Assembly: GCA_041389025.1 (NCBI GenBank)
Contig: JAWKSP010000001.1
Coordinates: 64,002-128,001 of the forward strand
Direction: 5' to 3'
DNA length: 64,000 nucleotides
Source of the DNA: Minisyncoccota bacterium
GTDB taxonomy: Bacteria > Patescibacteriota > Minisyncoccia > Phycocordibacterales > UBA918
Made by a program: the position numbers and the translations under genes. The notes beneath the pieces were generated by a model that saw nothing but the letters and a program-made list of their open reading frames with translations, had not been told where the DNA came from and did no database searches. This document shows positions 1 to 11,248 of the stretch, piece by piece (within the stretch, counting starts at the first letter, position 1; every line of letters starts with the position of its first letter).

Positions 1-2
1 TA

Positions 3-563
3 ATTGCCGGTGGTGGAAAAACCGCTAGACGCTACCAAGATGCAGCTGGAGAAGTTAGTAACCTTACAAATGAGGATTTGGATTGGCTTGGTCTTCATGC
101 CACACGCCTTAACGGACAACTACTTCGCACTATATTTCATGATGTAGCCTATCCAATCATTATCACTAATCCTGATGACGTTTTAGACATACCAAAAAAC
201 GCCTCTTTGATAATTGCTGCTGGGTACCGCCCAGGATCATCAACTGACCTAAGAGCGATTCAAATTGCGGACCGAGTAAAAGCTCATAAGGTAATTAACC
301 TCTCCAATACTGATTATGTTTATACTGATAACCCAGCTACTAATCCTAATGCTAAAAAAATTGAAGATATTACTTGGGCTGATTTTCGAAAACTTATTCC
401 TGAAGATTGGGACCCTGGGCTATCTGCACCCTTTGACCCAATTGCCGCTCGTGAGGCAGAAAAGCTAGGTATTGAAGTAGCACAAATCAACGGTACCCAT
501 TTGGAATATTTAATAAACTATCTGCATGGTGAGAAATTTATTGGAACAAGAATTCACTCTTAA
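3..563 (+). CDS. pyrH: UMP kinase (amino-acid kinase family), 5'-partial at window edge
   Basis: Open in frame from nt 3. Translation ...IAGGGKTARRYQDAAG...IIAAGYRPGSSTDLRAI... matches the UMP kinase GGGxxxR / nucleotide-binding pattern. The tool's start at 78 is TTG. Confidence 0.7.
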   Translation: MAGGGKTARRYQDAAGEVSNLTNEDLDWLGLHATRLNGQLLRTIFHDVAYPIIITNPDDVLDIPKNASLIIAAGYRPGSSTDLRAIQIADRVKAHKVINLSNTDYVYTDNPATNPNAKKIEDITWADFRKLIPEDWDPGLSAPFDPIAAREAEKLGIEVAQINGTHLEYLINYLHGEKFIGTRIHS

Positions 564-581
564 GGATAGGTGCCTATGCAA

Positions 582-627
582 GGTGGTAAAAAGGGCGGTA
601 GCTTTAGCTACCGCCCTTTTTACCACC
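582..627. terminator. Bidirectional rho-independent terminator hairpin
   Basis: Perfect ~20-bp stem ggtggtaaaaagggcggtagc/gctaccgccctttttaccacc between convergent pyrH (+) and the kinase gene (-). Confidence 0.6.
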
Positions 628-724
628 TTGCTTTATTATATATGTCTCTCTACAAAACTATCGACCGCTTCATACAAATCCTCTAAAGAATCACAATTGG
701 AAATGGTATGTTCAGCCATTTTCA

Positions 725-1186
725 TTACTTGCCTTTTTGCATACCATTTGGATCTGGATCATCCATTTCCAGTTTTTCATGGTTGACAAAATCTTCAAAA
801 GAAATTTTGTCTGTACTACTACCTCTCTTCACCACCCTTCGATAACGCTCTTCAACCGGTGCGTCTACCGCCAACAACACTCCTTCAGCTTCAAGTAATG
901 TTTCAACCTCTTTGATTGCTCTAATTGATTCAATTACTGCGTTTTCTACTCTGTCTTTTTTTAGTTGCTTTAAAGCGTGAGTTACTATCACATCCGCTCC
1001 CTCTTCTGCTCGCATAGAGTTGGCTACAATCCTAATATTTTCTCTAGTTGGTTCTAGGCCACGTTTAGAAACTTCAGCCATAATTAAATTTCGACTAGAG
1101 TAATGTGAAAAACCATGTTTTTTAACTAAATGATCAACCACCGATCCTTTACCTGCTCCATCTGTTCCGGTAATACCAATAATCAT
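725..1186 (-). CDS. P-loop nucleotide/nucleoside kinase (dephospho-CoA kinase or cytidylate kinase-like)
   Basis: N-terminal Walker A motif MIIGITGTDGAGKGSV; small size of 153 aa. Confidence 0.45.
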   Translation of the reverse strand: MIIGITGTDGAGKGSVVDHLVKKHGFSHYSSRNLIMAEVSKRGLEPTRENIRIVANSMRAEEGADVIVTHALKQLKKDRVENAVIESIRAIKEVETLLEAEGVLLAVDAPVEERYRRVVKRGSSTDKISFEDFVNHEKLEMDDPDPNGMQKGK

Positions 1187-1192
1187 AGATAA

Positions 1193-2188
1193 TTAACTAT
1201 TTTTAACTTCAGTCTCTACTTTTTGTTTTTTAGCTTGCCAATCAGCGTAAGTAACCAGAAGTGGACTAGCGATACAAATAGAAGAATAGGTTCCTGCCAA
1301 AACTCCGGCAATTAATATAAGAGCAAAAGTCTCAGTTACATCACCACCGATAAAGTAGAGAGCAGTTAGAGCCAAAAGAGTAGTGATGGAAGTATTGATA
1401 GAACGAGCAATAGTTTTATTAATAGCTTCACCGACAATTTCAGCAAATGGTTTGGTTAAAGTATATTTAATTTCTTCTCTTACAATACCAACCTCATTTC
1501 GTTTAATTTTTTCTTCAGTTCTATTTGCCACTAAGTTTTCTCGCACTCGATCAAAGATTACAATTGTGTCATTAACTGAATAACCGAGAATTGCTAATAA
1601 AGCCATGACAAATAAGACATCAATCTCAATTCCCGAAACAACTCCTAAAATACTCATAAGAGCAGTTGGCACCAAAATATCGTGAATCAATACTAAAATG
1701 GTAATACCACCGTAAATCCAAGAACTGACCGGCTGTCCAATGCCAGCAAAAGCAAACGCTACATAAAGGATAATGATTAAGGCCACTCCACCAATCGCCC
1801 ACATAGCTTTATCACGAAGTTCCTTACCCATAACCGGACCAACCGAAGTAAAACGAGTAATTTCACCACCCGCACCCAAAGAGATTACCGACTCCGCTAC
1901 CTGCACTCGCTCTGACTCACTTAAGTCTCTAGTTCTTACTAAATAAGCATCACGACCAGACTCATCAACTGACTCACGAACTGAAAAACCACCGAGATTT
2001 AAACTCTCTACAACCTCTTCAACTGCTTCTTTAGCTGGTGTTGTTTCGTTGTACACCACTTCAGTTAATGATCCGCCAGAAAAATCTATACCGGCTTTAA
2101 GGCCAACTGTTCCTATAATAAGCAAACTTCCTACCATTAAAACAGCGGCAATAATCAAAAATATTTTTTTGTATTTTATAGCAAACAT
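1193..2188 (-). CDS. secF: Protein translocase subunit SecF
   Basis: MFAIKYKKIFLIIAAV...GIDFSGGS... with multiple TM segments. Typical SecF length; adjacent to secD. Confidence 0.85.
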   Translation of the reverse strand: MFAIKYKKIFLIIAAVLMVGSLLIIGTVGLKAGIDFSGGSLTEVVYNETTPAKEAVEEVVESLNLGGFSVRESVDESGRDAYLVRTRDLSESERVQVAESVISLGAGGEITRFTSVGPVMGKELRDKAMWAIGGVALIIILYVAFAFAGIGQPVSSWIYGGITILVLIHDILVPTALMSILGVVSGIEIDVLFVMALLAILGYSVNDTIVIFDRVRENLVANRTEEKIKRNEVGIVREEIKYTLTKPFAEIVGEAINKTIARSINTSITTLLALTALYFIGGDVTETFALILIAGVLAGTYSSICIASPLLVTYADWQAKKQKVETEVKNS

Positions 2189-2193
2189 AAATT

Positions 2194-3663
2194 TTATTTA
2201 GACAAACCGCTACCGAATAAAAACGCCATTATTCCCCCATCCTCACGTCGCACACTTGGTAGAGTAACCAGTAAGGTTCTGGTTACTACTAAAGCTGAAA
2301 GCATAGAAACTATCACCCCAATACCAAACACCAAAGCAAAACCTTTCACTAATGAAGAACCGAACCAAAACAAAATAACGGCTGATAAAATACTAGTTAC
2401 ATTACCGTCACGGATCGCTCCCCAAGCCCGCCTAAAACCTTCCTCAGCTGCTTCTCGACTAAACTTACCGGCTCGTAACTCTTCTTTCATTCTTTCAAAT
2501 ACTAAAACGTTTGCATCCACTGCCATACCAATTGAAATGATAAATCCGGCCAAACCGGCGGCGGTAAGAGTTACCGGTATAACCTGAAAGAGAGTTAGCA
2601 TAATCACCACATATCCTAAAAGAGCAATTCCTGCTACTAAGCCCATAGCTCGATACCAAAAAATCATAAATAAGAGAATTAAACCAAAACCAATAACTGC
2701 AGCCTTTACTCCTTTATCTAAAACTTCTTGTCCTAAAGTAGCCCCAATAGTCTGCGTACTAACAAGTTCAATTGGCACCGGCAAAGCCCCGAAGTTTAGA
2801 TTTTGAGCCAATTCTCTAGCTTCAGCTGGGTCAAAACCACCAGAAATAATAGCCGTACCCCCAGCAATTGGTTCGTTTATACGAGGTGAAGAAATAAGTT
2901 CACCATCCAAAAAAATAGCCAATTGTTCTCCAACATTACTTCTAGTAATATCAGCAAATAAATCTGCCCCTTCATCAGTAAACCTTATGGATACAACTGG
3001 CTCATTAGCTACTTGACCAGAATTTGCACCGGCAAACTCTAACTGAGCACTTTCTAGATAACGACCAGTTAGTCCGGTATCAATATAAGGTTCATTATTT
3101 ATGGCACCCGTAGAAGATGCTTTAACATTAGATATAACAGCTTTACCGCCATCTTCGTTTTCTAATTCTTTACCTTCAAACTCGGCTAGAGTTTGCTCAG
3201 CAATTAAAGCTTCTAAATCAACCAACTTAAACTCCAAAAGTGGAGTCCGGCCGATTTCAGCCACCGCCTGCGCTACATCAGTTACCCCCGGCAGTTCTAC
3301 CACCAAACGCTCACTTTTTTCACTAGCTACAATACTGCTACTCTCCACGTAAATCGCTGGCTCAGATACTCCAAAAACATTAATTCTTCTTTCAATCACA
3401 TCTTTTAAGGTGTTCATTAAGTCAGGTACCTCAATTGGATCAATCTGACTAACATCAGCTTCATACACTAAATGTGAACCACCAGCCAAGTCTAAACCGA
3501 GCTTAAACGGTTTTTCTGATTCTGGATTAATGGTATTACCATAAACAAAAAAAGCCAACCAACCTAAAATACCAACGATTACTAAAGCTTTAAAAATGCG
3601 TAAAAAAGTATTTGTTCCTGAGTTTTCTGTTTTAGTCTGATCAGACGAGGACGGATTTGTCAT
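2194..3663 (-). CDS. secD: Protein translocase subunit SecD
   Basis: LGLDLAGGSHLVYEAD periplasmic motif, C-terminal 6-TM SecDF core, immediately upstream of secF. Confidence 0.85.
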   Translation of the reverse strand: MTNPSSSDQTKTENSGTNTFLRIFKALVIVGILGWLAFFVYGNTINPESEKPFKLGLDLAGGSHLVYEADVSQIDPIEVPDLMNTLKDVIERRINVFGVSEPAIYVESSSIVASEKSERLVVELPGVTDVAQAVAEIGRTPLLEFKLVDLEALIAEQTLAEFEGKELENEDGGKAVISNVKASSTGAINNEPYIDTGLTGRYLESAQLEFAGANSGQVANEPVVSIRFTDEGADLFADITRSNVGEQLAIFLDGELISSPRINEPIAGGTAIISGGFDPAEARELAQNLNFGALPVPIELVSTQTIGATLGQEVLDKGVKAAVIGFGLILLFMIFWYRAMGLVAGIALLGYVVIMLTLFQVIPVTLTAAGLAGFIISIGMAVDANVLVFERMKEELRAGKFSREAAEEGFRRAWGAIRDGNVTSILSAVILFWFGSSLVKGFALVFGIGVIVSMLSALVVTRTLLVTLPSVRREDGGIMAFLFGSGLSK

Positions 3664-3714
3664 AAAAAATATAAAAATTATTTATGTCTTTATAACATAG
3701 AAAATGGCTATTTT

Positions 3715-4515
3715 CTATTGACGAGACTTCAATTTTAGTAGATTACGAAAGAGTAAGATGACCGTAAGCGGACCAATACCGCCAGGTACCGGCGTCAAAA
3801 GCAAAGCTTTTGACGCCACTGAAAGATTAGCATCACCCACCAAAAGACCACCGTCTTCAGAGGCTCCAGCGTCAAATACTACCACTCCCTCTTTTACCAT
3901 ATCTGCTGTTAGTAGATTTGGTCTTCCAACTCCTAATACAATAATATCCGCATTTTTAGTTTTTTCTTTTACATCCGTGCTGGTTTCATCTATGATTGTT
4001 ACCTCAGCTCCCATGGCTGTGGCGTATGCCACAACCGGCTTTCCCACCAACCTTCCTTGACCAAACACCACCACCTTCTTACCATTCCATTCTATTTTAT
4101 AAAATTTAGCCATCTCTTCAATCGCTCCCACCACCGGTGGCAAAATTTCAGTTTTTTCACCTTCGTAACCAAACGCATCAACATCTTTGTTTTTAGGAAT
4201 AGCACCCAAAACTTGATCAGTATCTATGTGTGCAGGCAACGGTAATTGCACAATTATGCCATCAGCTTTTTTAGCTTCAGTTTCAACTGTTTCAACTAAT
4301 TCACTAGTACCATTATTATTAGATAAAATAATATTTTTCATTTCTACCCCTAAAGTTTCCGCTTTAGCTTTTTTTAAAGCTAAAAATTTTTTAGTCTCGA
4401 AATTTGGTTCACAAGCAATTACAGTGATCTTAGGAACACTACTTTCATTTTTTATTAAATCAATAACCTCATCCGTTACTCGCAAAGCCAGAGATTTACC
4501 ATCAGCTAAATTCAT
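3715..4515 (-). CDS. folD: Bifunctional methylenetetrahydrofolate dehydrogenase/cyclohydrolase
   Basis: C-terminal PVPGGIGPLTVILLFRNLL and GKxVVVxGxGxLVGKP Rossmann motif, characteristic of FolD. Confidence 0.85.
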   Translation of the reverse strand: MNLADGKSLALRVTDEVIDLIKNESSVPKITVIACEPNFETKKFLALKKAKAETLGVEMKNIILSNNNGTSELVETVETEAKKADGIIVQLPLPAHIDTDQVLGAIPKNKDVDAFGYEGEKTEILPPVVGAIEEMAKFYKIEWNGKKVVVFGQGRLVGKPVVAYATAMGAEVTIIDETSTDVKEKTKNADIIVLGVGRPNLLTADMVKEGVVVFDAGASEDGGLLVGDANLSVASKALLLTPVPGGIGPLTVILLFRNLLKLKSRQ

Positions 4516-4524
4516 AATTTTAAC

Positions 4525-5622
4525 TTAATTTTTACTATCTAAATTATTTAAAACCTTCTCGGCTTCCGGTACACAATATTCATAATTACCGGCAGTAGTC
4601 GAAATCGCCTCAAGTGAGGAATACCGACAACGATAAACTACTGTTAATTTATCACCACTCATTAAAATTGGATAAGAGTAGACACGCCAAACACCTTGAC
4701 TGGTTGGTATTCTGCCTCTGGTTAAATGCCACAAACTCCAGAAAGACAACCTGACCATCCAAGATGGTACCATTAACACTTTTTTATCTACAATCTTAGC
4801 CATCTCATCTGCCAATACCGGCTTACCGTTCGGAGTTAAATTAAATACCTCGTATGACCAAGCGTTGGGTGAGAAAATCAAATGAGTCACCACTCCCAAA
4901 ACATCGTCTTCGTGTACAAATTGTCTTGCCCAACTAGTAGTAGCCGGCATATATGAAGTCATTAGTGATACTAATTTATTTAGAAAACCTCCTTTTAAAT
5001 CACCACGTAGGGCTGACTGCAATCCAAACCGCACAGTCATAAAACGGCCTTTTGGTCCGGTGATAGCCGCTGGACGCAAAACAGTAATTTGTGGATAATG
5101 CTTTTCTTCCAGCTGAGCTTTAGAGTAAGTATTGTACAATTTTTCCTCAACTACTTTCTTCTCTTTAGCATATAAATAATCGTCATCACGCAACCCTTCA
5201 GCTTCAGTAAAATAATGTTCTATGGAATTTTCCGGACGTGCACTATAAGAAGCCGCGGTTGAAAAATAAATTAGCTTTTTTACAAAACGATTAGCGAAAG
5301 CGAAGTTAAAAACCGCCTCAGACGCCTCTACATTTAAACGCCATTGTTCTTTTTCTCTTCCATATAGAGTTCGAATCTGCCAAGCTGTGTGCACTATGGT
5401 ATCCGGCATATAAGGAATGACTTTATTTTGCCAGCCGGCCTCAGCTAAATTAGCTTGTATATATAATACTTTCTCTAGTGACTTTGTGAGCTTGGTCTGC
5501 TCATCTTTATCAAGAGCGATAATTCTTTCCACATCATCACGTTTAGCCAACTGGTCACACAGCATCTCCCCCACATAACCGGCCGCGCCGGTTATCAAGA
5601 TTGTCCTCTTGTCATTATTCAT
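4525..5622 (-). CDS. NAD-dependent epimerase/dehydratase (extended SDR)
   Basis: TGAAGYVG glycine-rich NAD motif and YLYAKEKK (YxxxK) catalytic motif. Confidence 0.65.
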   Translation of the reverse strand: MNNDKRTILITGAAGYVGEMLCDQLAKRDDVERIIALDKDEQTKLTKSLEKVLYIQANLAEAGWQNKVIPYMPDTIVHTAWQIRTLYGREKEQWRLNVEASEAVFNFAFANRFVKKLIYFSTAASYSARPENSIEHYFTEAEGLRDDDYLYAKEKKVVEEKLYNTYSKAQLEEKHYPQITVLRPAAITGPKGRFMTVRFGLQSALRGDLKGGFLNKLVSLMTSYMPATTSWARQFVHEDDVLGVVTHLIFSPNAWSYEVFNLTPNGKPVLADEMAKIVDKKVLMVPSWMVRLSFWSLWHLTRGRIPTSQGVWRVYSYPILMSGDKLTVVYRCRYSSLEAISTTAGNYEYCVPEAEKVLNNLDSKN

Positions 5623-5641
5623 AGCCGCTAGTATAGCATCA

Positions 5642-7117
5642 TTACTTAAAACTAATAATTATACCAAAACGTGATAGTAGTGTTTTAAAAGTTCTAAGAG
5701 CAATATCGACATCCAATAGTAAAGAACGATTTTTTATATAGTAAAGATCATAAGATAAACGTATCCTGGTCTCCTCCATTGACTGCGGACTGATATTGTC
5801 TCCCATGTAGTATTGATGAGTTTGCGCCCAACCAGTTACCCCTGGTTTTACAAAATTACGGATATTATAATACGGTATCTCTGCGGCCGACCTTTCCCAC
5901 AAACCTTTTATATCGTTTCTAGGGCCAATTAAAGACATCTCACCTTTAAATATATTCCAAATCTGAGGTAATTCATCAATACTTAATTTACGTAATATTG
6001 CCCCTACTTTAGTAACTCGGTTCCCTTCTTTTTCGTCTTCTATCGCCCAAGTAGCACTGGCACTACGATTTTCTGTCATAGTTCTCACTTTATATACAGT
6101 AACCGGTCGATTAAATTGACCGACTCTCTCTTGAGTGATAAACAACTCTCCCTTATCTTCCATGCGGATAGCTAAATATATAAAAGGTAAAATAACTAAA
6201 AAAGCCAAACCTAAAATTATAGAACCAACAATATCAATTACCCTTTTACCAAAATCATAAATCAACACTTTTGCTTGTGGTACATTCAAGATAAACCATT
6301 CATAATTCAAAGCCGATAAAGGTACTCGATCAAAAGTATCTTCATAAACTTTATAAAAATCCAAAAAAGTTAATTCAAAACGTAAGAAAACCAAATCAAA
6401 TAGTCGTGGCAAAACCTTGGCTACATATTCATCGTTAGGATTGGCAATAATAATACTAACTCTTTCTTTTTCTACTAAATGCAGGAGTTTATCTTCAAAA
6501 TTATCAGATTTTTGAGCAGTATTTTTATCAATAATTCTTACAAATGAATAATTGTAACGATCATTATTGTTTATCTCGTCCACCAACTCAATTACCTCTG
6601 GTCCATCGGCCAAGATAATTGCCCGATGCTTAGTTTTAGGCACCACAAAACGATATAAATAAATTCGCCAAACGGTAAATAGAACAATGCTAATAAAGAT
6701 ATAAATTACTAGATTTGTCTTCGGTGTAATACCAAACGGAATAATAAAAAATAGTAAAGCGGCAATAAGACCATTAACTACCTGAGCGTTTAAAAGCCGA
6801 CTAAATAGTAATGACTTAAAAAAAACGGTTTGTTTATCATAAAGACCGGCAATATAAAATACAAACAGCCAAACTGTTGAGATCGTTAAAAATGGTCCTA
6901 AATGATCAGCAAATAACTCCGTACTTGGTAAAGACAAGTACCGTACGAAAAGCGTAAGCCATAAAGATAAGACGAATAAAAAAATATCGCCTAAAATTAA
7001 AATTATTAATTCACGTGTTCTTTCCCCCATAATCAAAATAATATAAAGTATCGATATCGTACAAAAGTCCAGAAAAATGGCAAGTCTTTGAATAGAATAT
7101 TTAAAACCCACCAACAC
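5642..7117 (-). CDS. Polyprenyl-phosphate sugar phosphotransferase (WbaP/CpsE-like bacterial sugar transferase)
   Basis: C-terminal DELPQIWNIFKGEMSLIGPR motif of bacterial sugar transferases, after N-terminal TM helices. Confidence 0.8.
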   Translation of the reverse strand: MLVGFKYSIQRLAIFLDFCTISILYIILIMGERTRELIILILGDIFLFVLSLWLTLFVRYLSLPSTELFADHLGPFLTISTVWLFVFYIAGLYDKQTVFFKSLLFSRLLNAQVVNGLIAALLFFIIPFGITPKTNLVIYIFISIVLFTVWRIYLYRFVVPKTKHRAIILADGPEVIELVDEINNNDRYNYSFVRIIDKNTAQKSDNFEDKLLHLVEKERVSIIIANPNDEYVAKVLPRLFDLVFLRFELTFLDFYKVYEDTFDRVPLSALNYEWFILNVPQAKVLIYDFGKRVIDIVGSIILGLAFLVILPFIYLAIRMEDKGELFITQERVGQFNRPVTVYKVRTMTENRSASATWAIEDEKEGNRVTKVGAILRKLSIDELPQIWNIFKGEMSLIGPRNDIKGLWERSAAEIPYYNIRNFVKPGVTGWAQTHQYYMGDNISPQSMEETRIRLSYDLYYIKNRSLLLDVDIALRTFKTLLSRFGIIISFK

Positions 7118-7342
7118 ATTAGTTGGTGGGCGAGGTTCTGACTGTAGCTATATTGAATCTAAATACTTTAAATACTCAACACCAAGAGTCATCAAAAATC
7201 CAATTAAAGCCAACAAAAATAACCACTGAATAATAGTAAAAGAAGACTTAATTTTTCTAACTATTTTAAACATTTTATTTTCCTCTCAAAAACTTTGTAC
7301 ACACTTGGCGTACTGAACAAAAATACGCTATGCTAAATATAC

Positions 7343-8500
7343 ATGAATTCTTCACTAAGTAAAAAGAAAATTTTGTATGTCATAACCAAATCTAACTTTG
7401 GTGGAGCTCAGCGTTATGTATTTGACTTAGCTAAAGCCATGCAAAAAAAGGATTATGAAGTAGTTGTAGCCTTAGGTGGACACGGTGAACTGGCTAAAAA
7501 ATTAGAGAAAATTGGTATAAAAGTTTTCTATATTGATAACTTACAACGTGATATTTCACTCTTAAAAGAAATAAAGTCCTTAATCTCTTTGTTCAAAATT
7601 ATTAATAAATTTAAACCGGATATAATTCACCTAAATAGCGCCAAAGCTGGTGGCTTGGGTTCGGTAGCGGCAAGAATTTTAAGAGTAAAAAAAATTATCT
7701 TCACCGCCCACGGTTGGTCTTTTCTTGAACCAAGAAAATGGTGGTGGAAAACAATGGTTTGGCTTAGTTCATACATCACCAGTCTTTTAGTACACCACAT
7801 CATTACTGTTAGTCACTTCGATAGCCTACAAACAAAATACATGTTTGGGATAAAGAATAAATTATCAGTTATTCATCCGGCCGCTGAAGAATTTTCTTTA
7901 TTGTCTAGAGAAGAAGCCCGAACCAAATTATTCTCTAAAGAAATTATCAATGTACATGGTTCCAATATCTGGCTCGTTACTGTAGCAGAACTAAATCACA
8001 ACAAAAACCAAACCACCGCCATTGATGCCGTAGCAGAGTTCAATAACAATAATAAAAACAAAATCTTTTATACCATAATCGGTGGCGGTGAAATGTTATC
8101 CGAACTAAAAGAACAAGTTGACTTAAGGGGTCTAAATGATTACGTCTATTTTTCTGATTATTTAAAGGACGCTCGGTCATATTTATGGGCTTTTGATATA
8201 TTTTTATTACCCTCAAAAAAAGAAGGTTTACCTTATGCAATACTTGAAGCAGGTTTAGCCGAATTACCTTGTTTAGCTAGTAATGTTGGTGGAATTCCTG
8301 AGGTAATAATAGATAGAGAAACTGGACTTTTAACTGACCCAAACAACCATACCACTATAGTTGAGGCACTGGATTTTGTATTTAGAAATGCTGACAAACG
8401 AGTGAAATATTCAAATAATCTTTATAAACATATTAAAGAAAATTTTTCTCTGCTTGAAATGATTGAAAAAACTGAAAAAGTGTATTTGAGTAAAGATTAG
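7343..8500 (+). CDS. Glycosyltransferase family 4
   Basis: GT4 C-terminal motif KKEGLPYAILEAGLAELPCLASNVGGIPEVI (E-x7-E). Confidence 0.8.
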   Translation: MNSSLSKKKILYVITKSNFGGAQRYVFDLAKAMQKKDYEVVVALGGHGELAKKLEKIGIKVFYIDNLQRDISLLKEIKSLISLFKIINKFKPDIIHLNSAKAGGLGSVAARILRVKKIIFTAHGWSFLEPRKWWWKTMVWLSSYITSLLVHHIITVSHFDSLQTKYMFGIKNKLSVIHPAAEEFSLLSREEARTKLFSKEIINVHGSNIWLVTVAELNHNKNQTTAIDAVAEFNNNNKNKIFYTIIGGGEMLSELKEQVDLRGLNDYVYFSDYLKDARSYLWAFDIFLLPSKKEGLPYAILEAGLAELPCLASNVGGIPEVIIDRETGLLTDPNNHTTIVEALDFVFRNADKRVKYSNNLYKHIKENFSLLEMIEKTEKVYLSKD

Positions 8501-8560
8501 AGATGTTTGATTGTGATAAAAGTGGGAAGACTTCGTCTTCCCACTTTTATCACGAAGATA

Positions 8561-9685
8561 TTAATCATTAAACGGCATTTCTTTAGGTACCGGCTTAACA
8601 TTACCTCTCCGACTCATACCCAATACCATCGCTATTGCTACAAATTCTGTTACAAGATGTGAACCACCATAACTTAAAAATGGTATAGTGGTTCCTGTTA
8701 CCGGCATCACCCCGATATTTATACCAACATGAATAATAAAATGAGCTAAAAGCATTATTGCAATACCGGTCGCAAACAACTTTTCAAAATTACCAATACC
8801 ATTATTAGCAAAATAAAGAAGTCGCCAGATCACTAAACCAAATAAAAAAAACAAAACCACCACCCCAACCAAACCCCACTCTTCAGCAAAAGCAGCAAAA
8901 ATGAAGTCTGTCTCATATTCTGGTAAATAGAGAAATTTAGACTGAGTACCATAGCCAATTCCTTTTCCCAGTATCTGTCCTGAACCAACTGTAACAGTTG
9001 ATTGATAAGCATTATAACCAGTACCTTGGATATCTGATAAAGGATCTAAAAAAGTCATAATACGGTCTTTCTGATAATCCTGAAATACAAATTGCCACAT
9101 ACCGACCAAAGCAACAACCCCCAAAGCCACCACCACCGCCACATGTCTAAATCTAATACCAGCCACCAAAACCATTCCAAACCAAATTAAAAAAAGAATA
9201 ATAGCTGAACCAAAGTCTGGCTGAATCAAAATAAGCCCAAAGAAAATCAAAGTATATATACCGGAAACTAAAATATGTTTAAAGTCTCCAATCAATTCAT
9301 GTCTCTTAGCAAAATATTTTGCTAAGAGTGCGATTAGTATAAGCTTAGCCGGATCAGATACCTGTAAAGAAAAGAAACCAAGATCAAACCGTTGTCTAGC
9401 CCCTAATACAGTTTCACCAAAAAATAGAACTAGTACCAAAAGAACTACTATTAATAAATATAGATAAAAAATCGTATTACCTGATTTTAAGAAACGATAA
9501 TTAGGAATTATGGCCAAAAAAAACAAACTCGTTACAATAAAAACCCAAACGATCTGACGATTGAAAAAAATATTATTTTCAGCCGGTGAATACATTGTCA
9601 CCAAACCAAAAAGAGTTAAACATAAAATTGAACTAAACAATATTCCATCAAAACCAGAAAAAAGAGTCTGCCAAAGCCTTTTCAT
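8561..9685 (-). CDS. FtsW/RodA/SpoVE family peptidoglycan polymerase (SEDS)
   Basis: PEYETDFIFAAFAEEWGLVG and a 10-TM architecture typical of SEDS proteins. Confidence 0.8.
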   Translation of the reverse strand: MKRLWQTLFSGFDGILFSSILCLTLFGLVTMYSPAENNIFFNRQIVWVFIVTSLFFLAIIPNYRFLKSGNTIFYLYLLIVVLLVLVLFFGETVLGARQRFDLGFFSLQVSDPAKLILIALLAKYFAKRHELIGDFKHILVSGIYTLIFFGLILIQPDFGSAIILFLIWFGMVLVAGIRFRHVAVVVALGVVALVGMWQFVFQDYQKDRIMTFLDPLSDIQGTGYNAYQSTVTVGSGQILGKGIGYGTQSKFLYLPEYETDFIFAAFAEEWGLVGVVVLFFLFGLVIWRLLYFANNGIGNFEKLFATGIAIMLLAHFIIHVGINIGVMPVTGTTIPFLSYGGSHLVTEFVAIAMVLGMSRRGNVKPVPKEMPFND

Positions 9686-9703
9686 GCTTACAGCATATAC
9701 AAA

Positions 9704-11140
9704 CTAACGCAAAGGTGCAAAGTTAGTGTCAGTTTTGGTTATTACATCGACTCGAGTAGGACCAGATTCACAGATATCACTGGCGATTTTCTTATACACC
9801 TCTCTTAACTCTTGAATAGTTGGCGCTTCATAGAAATTGCGGTCACTGGAAGCTAGCTTTCTTATCAAATCAACATCTCTTTCTACATCTTCGTTTACAT
9901 CACTAAAAAAATCACCGAAGCCGATAGTATAAACTATAATATCATTGTCTTTGGCCTCGTTAGATTTATCTATAGCGTAGTTAGCAGCGTATTCACGATC
10001 AGCTTTACCGGTTTCAGGGTTTATCGGACGAGTAACATCACCATCAGTTAAAAATACAATTACCTTACGTGCATTATCACGATGTCTGCTACTGATAAGT
10101 TCTTGGTAAGCTGTTACAAATGCGTCCCCAGTATTAGTGTATTGCACTCCATCATCTCCCATTACTGTCTTTTGAATTGAATTTAAAACATCATTGTGAT
10201 TATTGGTAAGTATTTGTTCCATTGGTCGACTCGGCTCAGTCGCGTAGGATAAATAACCAACCAAGTCCTCATCACGTAAAATATCTACAAAAGACTTAGC
10301 TGCTTGTTTAGCACTCTCAAGCGGCTCAGGTGGATTGCCACCATCGGCCGCCATCGATCCAGAACGATCCAAAATCAACACAATATCGGACGGAACTTCA
10401 CAACTTCTAATGGTTTTTGCAATTGGATTTGGCCAAGTAAAAGTAACCTCTTTAGAAGTTCTAGCTTCAAATTTGTCAATAAAAGTTTTAGAGGCAGTCA
10501 ATGGCGTACCAGTTCGGTCAAAAATGGTAGCCACAATCTCTACATTTCTAGCATCGGTCAATTCAGTGTTTTCAACATTTGCCACCACTCGTGGACGGCT
10601 ATCAGAATTTAAAATAGAATGATCCAGAGTACGGAACTGGTCACGTCCAATAGTAGCCGGTAACCATACCCCGTCTGATTTTATGTTGATTACAGTCTTA
10701 GTTGGCTCTCTTCCATCCTCAGTCAAAATTCTACCCTCAAAAATCGGATAGACACTATTTGGTGGAATAATTGTCTTTCCTTCTCTAACCGCAATCTCCT
10801 CATCTCCATCATACAAATGGAAAGTATATTCCAAGTCTGGGGTAGCCGCACCAATATTTTTGTTTTCAATGTAAGCAACTGCATTATATTGGCCATCGAT
10901 AATTTTAAAGCTTTCAGCCCAAACTACAGACGGTGGTTCAACCGCAAAAGCACAGATGCGAGTACACTTTCCACCACAATCCACCCCCGCTTCATCTCCG
11001 TTTAATACATTATCAAAACAACTAGCTGGTGTATAAAAAAATCCAAAATAAACTATCGTCCCTACCAACGACCAAAAAGCCCCAAACCCTATACCATACT
11101 GTACTCTTCGCCAAAAAGCCCAAGGCCTAAATATACTCAT
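9704..11140 (-). CDS. Membrane-anchored von Willebrand factor A (vWA) domain protein
   Basis: N-terminal TM helix; MIDAS-like DIVLILDRSGSMAADGG ... TNTGDA motifs. Confidence 0.7.
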   Translation of the reverse strand: MSIFRPWAFWRRVQYGIGFGAFWSLVGTIVYFGFFYTPASCFDNVLNGDEAGVDCGGKCTRICAFAVEPPSVVWAESFKIIDGQYNAVAYIENKNIGAATPDLEYTFHLYDGDEEIAVREGKTIIPPNSVYPIFEGRILTEDGREPTKTVINIKSDGVWLPATIGRDQFRTLDHSILNSDSRPRVVANVENTELTDARNVEIVATIFDRTGTPLTASKTFIDKFEARTSKEVTFTWPNPIAKTIRSCEVPSDIVLILDRSGSMAADGGNPPEPLESAKQAAKSFVDILRDEDLVGYLSYATEPSRPMEQILTNNHNDVLNSIQKTVMGDDGVQYTNTGDAFVTAYQELISSRHRDNARKVIVFLTDGDVTRPINPETGKADREYAANYAIDKSNEAKDNDIIVYTIGFGDFFSDVNEDVERDVDLIRKLASSDRNFYEAPTIQELREVYKKIASDICESGPTRVDVITKTDTNFAPLR

Positions 11141-11248
11141 AATTATCTGTAATTATAACAGATGAGCCCAAGAAACTTGGTGAAAACCATGGGCAAAATA
11201 AAACGACCTTCGGTCGTTTTATTTTGCCCATGGTTTTCACCTCCACTC